Of a stretch of 45,335 nt of DNA, positions 44,081 to 45,335 are shown one piece after another. How positions within the stretch are numbered: position 1 is the first letter of the stretch; each line of letters begins with the position of its first letter. Location: the NCBI GenBank assembly GCA_964553365.1, contig CAZKKK010000001.1, positions 1-45,335 of the forward strand. The letters run 5' to 3'. The position numbers and the translations under genes are program-made. The notes beneath the pieces are model-generated. The model had not been told where the DNA came from and did no database searches. It saw only the letters and a program-made list of their open reading frames with translations. The DNA comes from an uncultured Gammaproteobacteria bacterium (GTDB taxonomy: Bacteria > Patescibacteriota > Microgenomatia > UBA1406 > GWC2-37-13).

Positions 44081-44544
44081 TGGAAAAAGCATTGTCCCTT
44101 GCCTATCGCTATCTTTCATTCCGTCCCCGCAGTGTCGGTGAGGTTGAAAAATACCTGGAAAAGAAATCAGAGAAATATACAATTTCTTCAGGAGATATAC
44201 AGGCAACCTTGGAACTCCTTAAAGATCAGGGATATTTGAATGATGGCGAGTTTATTAAGTCGTTTGTCGAATCCCGAAATCTGCTTAAGCCAAAAAGCGA
44301 ACGGGTATTAGGAATGGAATTGAGGAAACTGGGCGTTTCTCAAGAGGATATCGATTCCTATTTTTCTGAAAATACAACGGACGAGATCGATTTGGCACAA
44401 AAAGCGTTACGGAAAAAAATGAAGTCCCTTTTACTCATTGTGGATGAGAGAAAACGATTCATAAAAGCGATCACCTTCCTCCAAAGAAGGGGGTTTTCAT
44501 ACGATATAGCAAAGCAAACTTATTTGCATCTCCTCTCGAAATAG
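44080..44544 (+). CDS. recX: RecA regulator RecX
   Basis: ALSLAYRYLSFRPRSVGEVEKYLEKK together with the repeated three-helix pattern. Its ATG overlaps the upstream TAA by 1 nt. Confidence 0.85.
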   Translation: MEKALSLAYRYLSFRPRSVGEVEKYLEKKSEKYTISSGDIQATLELLKDQGYLNDGEFIKSFVESRNLLKPKSERVLGMELRKLGVSQEDIDSYFSENTTDEIDLAQKALRKKMKSLLLIVDERKRFIKAITFLQRRGFSYDIAKQTYLHLLSK

Positions 44545-44691
44545 AGTACAATATCGCTATATTATTAATTGGTTGGCGGAGAGGTACCAATTATTGTTCA
44601 AATCACCATGATTCACTATTTATCGCAATTTGGCAAAACAAATAATGCATAAAATACGTACTCTCTCTCAACTGATCTAAACAAAAAGACT

Positions 44692-45335
44692 ATGTTCGGT
44701 TCATTTTTTAAACGATTGTTCTTCGGAAAGCAGGTCGAAGATCAAGAAATCAAGCTTCGCCAAGAAGCAAAAGAGATTATCCTCAAAGCTAATGAGGAAG
44801 CGCTCCACATTAAGACTGATGCAGAACGACAGGCTCAAAAGAACCTCGCGGAAGCTCTTGAAGTAGAAAAACGCATCGCTACTGAAAGACAGCAGATTGA
44901 TGAAAAGGAACGACTGCTCGACACGGAAAAGTTAAGTATCGAGAAAGAAAGACAATCTCTTGCGGATACCAAGAAAAATGTAGAGGAAAAAAGAGACCAA
45001 ATCCTTCAAAAACTTGAGGCAATTGCCCAAATGACAAAGGACCAGGCAAAACAACTCCTCCTTCAGGGTTGGGAAGAAAAACTCAAGGCAGACGTTGCTC
45101 GTCGCATTACCCAAGCAGAAGAGGATGTTAAACGAACAGTCGATGAAAAAGCAAAACACCTCCTTGTTGATGCGATGCGCTATGGAGCAACAGATGTTAC
45201 GGCTGAATACACACTTTCTGTAGTTCACCTCCCCAGCGATGAATTCAAGGGAAGAATCATCGGGAAAGAAGGAAGAAACATTCGTGCGTTTGAAGTGGCA
45301 ACAGGAGTAGATGTCGACCTTGAAGAAGAAGGAGT
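44692..45335 (+). CDS. rny: Ribonuclease Y (3' end lies outside the window)
   Basis: It is not in the ORF track because no stop falls in the window. From ATG 44692 it reads MFGSFFKRLFF..., followed by a long coiled-coil (EAKEIILKANEEALHIK...). The KH motif EFKGRIIGKEGRNIRAFEVATGVD comes last. Confidence 0.88.
   Translation, partial: MFGSFFKRLFFGKQVEDQEIKLRQEAKEIILKANEEALHIKTDAERQAQKNLAEALEVEKRIATERQQIDEKERLLDTEKLSIEKERQSLADTKKNVEEKRDQILQKLEAIAQMTKDQAKQLLLQGWEEKLKADVARRITQAEEDVKRTVDEKAKHLLVDAMRYGATDVTAEYTLSVVHLPSDEFKGRIIGKEGRNIRAFEVATGVDVDLEEEG

Noticed and set aside
1-45335. Recoded genetic code (UGA as Gly or Trp, as in some CPR lineages), CRISPR arrays, tRNA/rRNA genes, transposases/integrases and DGR-type template/variable repeats.
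   Set aside because: Long conserved genes (recA, valS, clpC-like, lig) close properly with standard stops, including TGA. I saw no short periodic repeat-spacer pattern, tRNA-like T-arm context or reverse transcriptase. The only long repeat is 100% identical rather than showing the A-specific mismatches expected of a DGR.

Overview
This is a gene-dense (about 90% coding), roughly 40% GC bacterial window that uses the standard genetic code. I found no rRNA, tRNA, CRISPR array, integrase or transposase. Housekeeping genes are clear: recF, rpmH-yidC-jag, valS, def, comM/yifB, recA, recX, rny (3' truncated), an archaeal/eukaryotic-type ATP-dependent DNA ligase and an MFS gene (5' truncated). The mix of this ligase, a DUF2298 'YYY' membrane protein, T4SS-pilin-like small proteins, many orphan membrane proteins and weak Shine-Dalgarno usage suggests a CPR/Patescibacteria-like genome, which is inference only. 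Other modules are a PAS histidine kinase-receiver-processive GT2 synthase-receiver operon (1.4-4.6 kb) and an OmpR/HK two-component system with a MacAB-like tripartite exporter and a ferric-reductase-like pair (4.7-11.2 kb). There is also a lone type IV pilin-like gene and a glycosylation island (32-38 kb). The most unusual part is 13.3-28.2 kb. It starts with a 1267-aa ClpC-like unfoldase that carries a four-repeat insertion of about 240 aa inside AAA+ domain 2 and a C-terminal zinc ribbon. That gene is tightly linked to an HExxH membrane protein and a pilin-like protein. Diverging from it is a roughly 10-kb envelope locus with two adjacent secreted cell-wall hydrolases (one lytic-transglycosylase-like, one C39-like). 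They share a nucleotide-identical 583-bp 5' module, and each is start/stop-coupled to a small membrane-anchored partner. A 560-aa polytopic membrane protein, a Cys-rich pilin-like protein and a 1241-aa tail-anchored orphan follow, and no secretion ATPase is present. All functional calls rest on motifs read by eye, and no database search was run.
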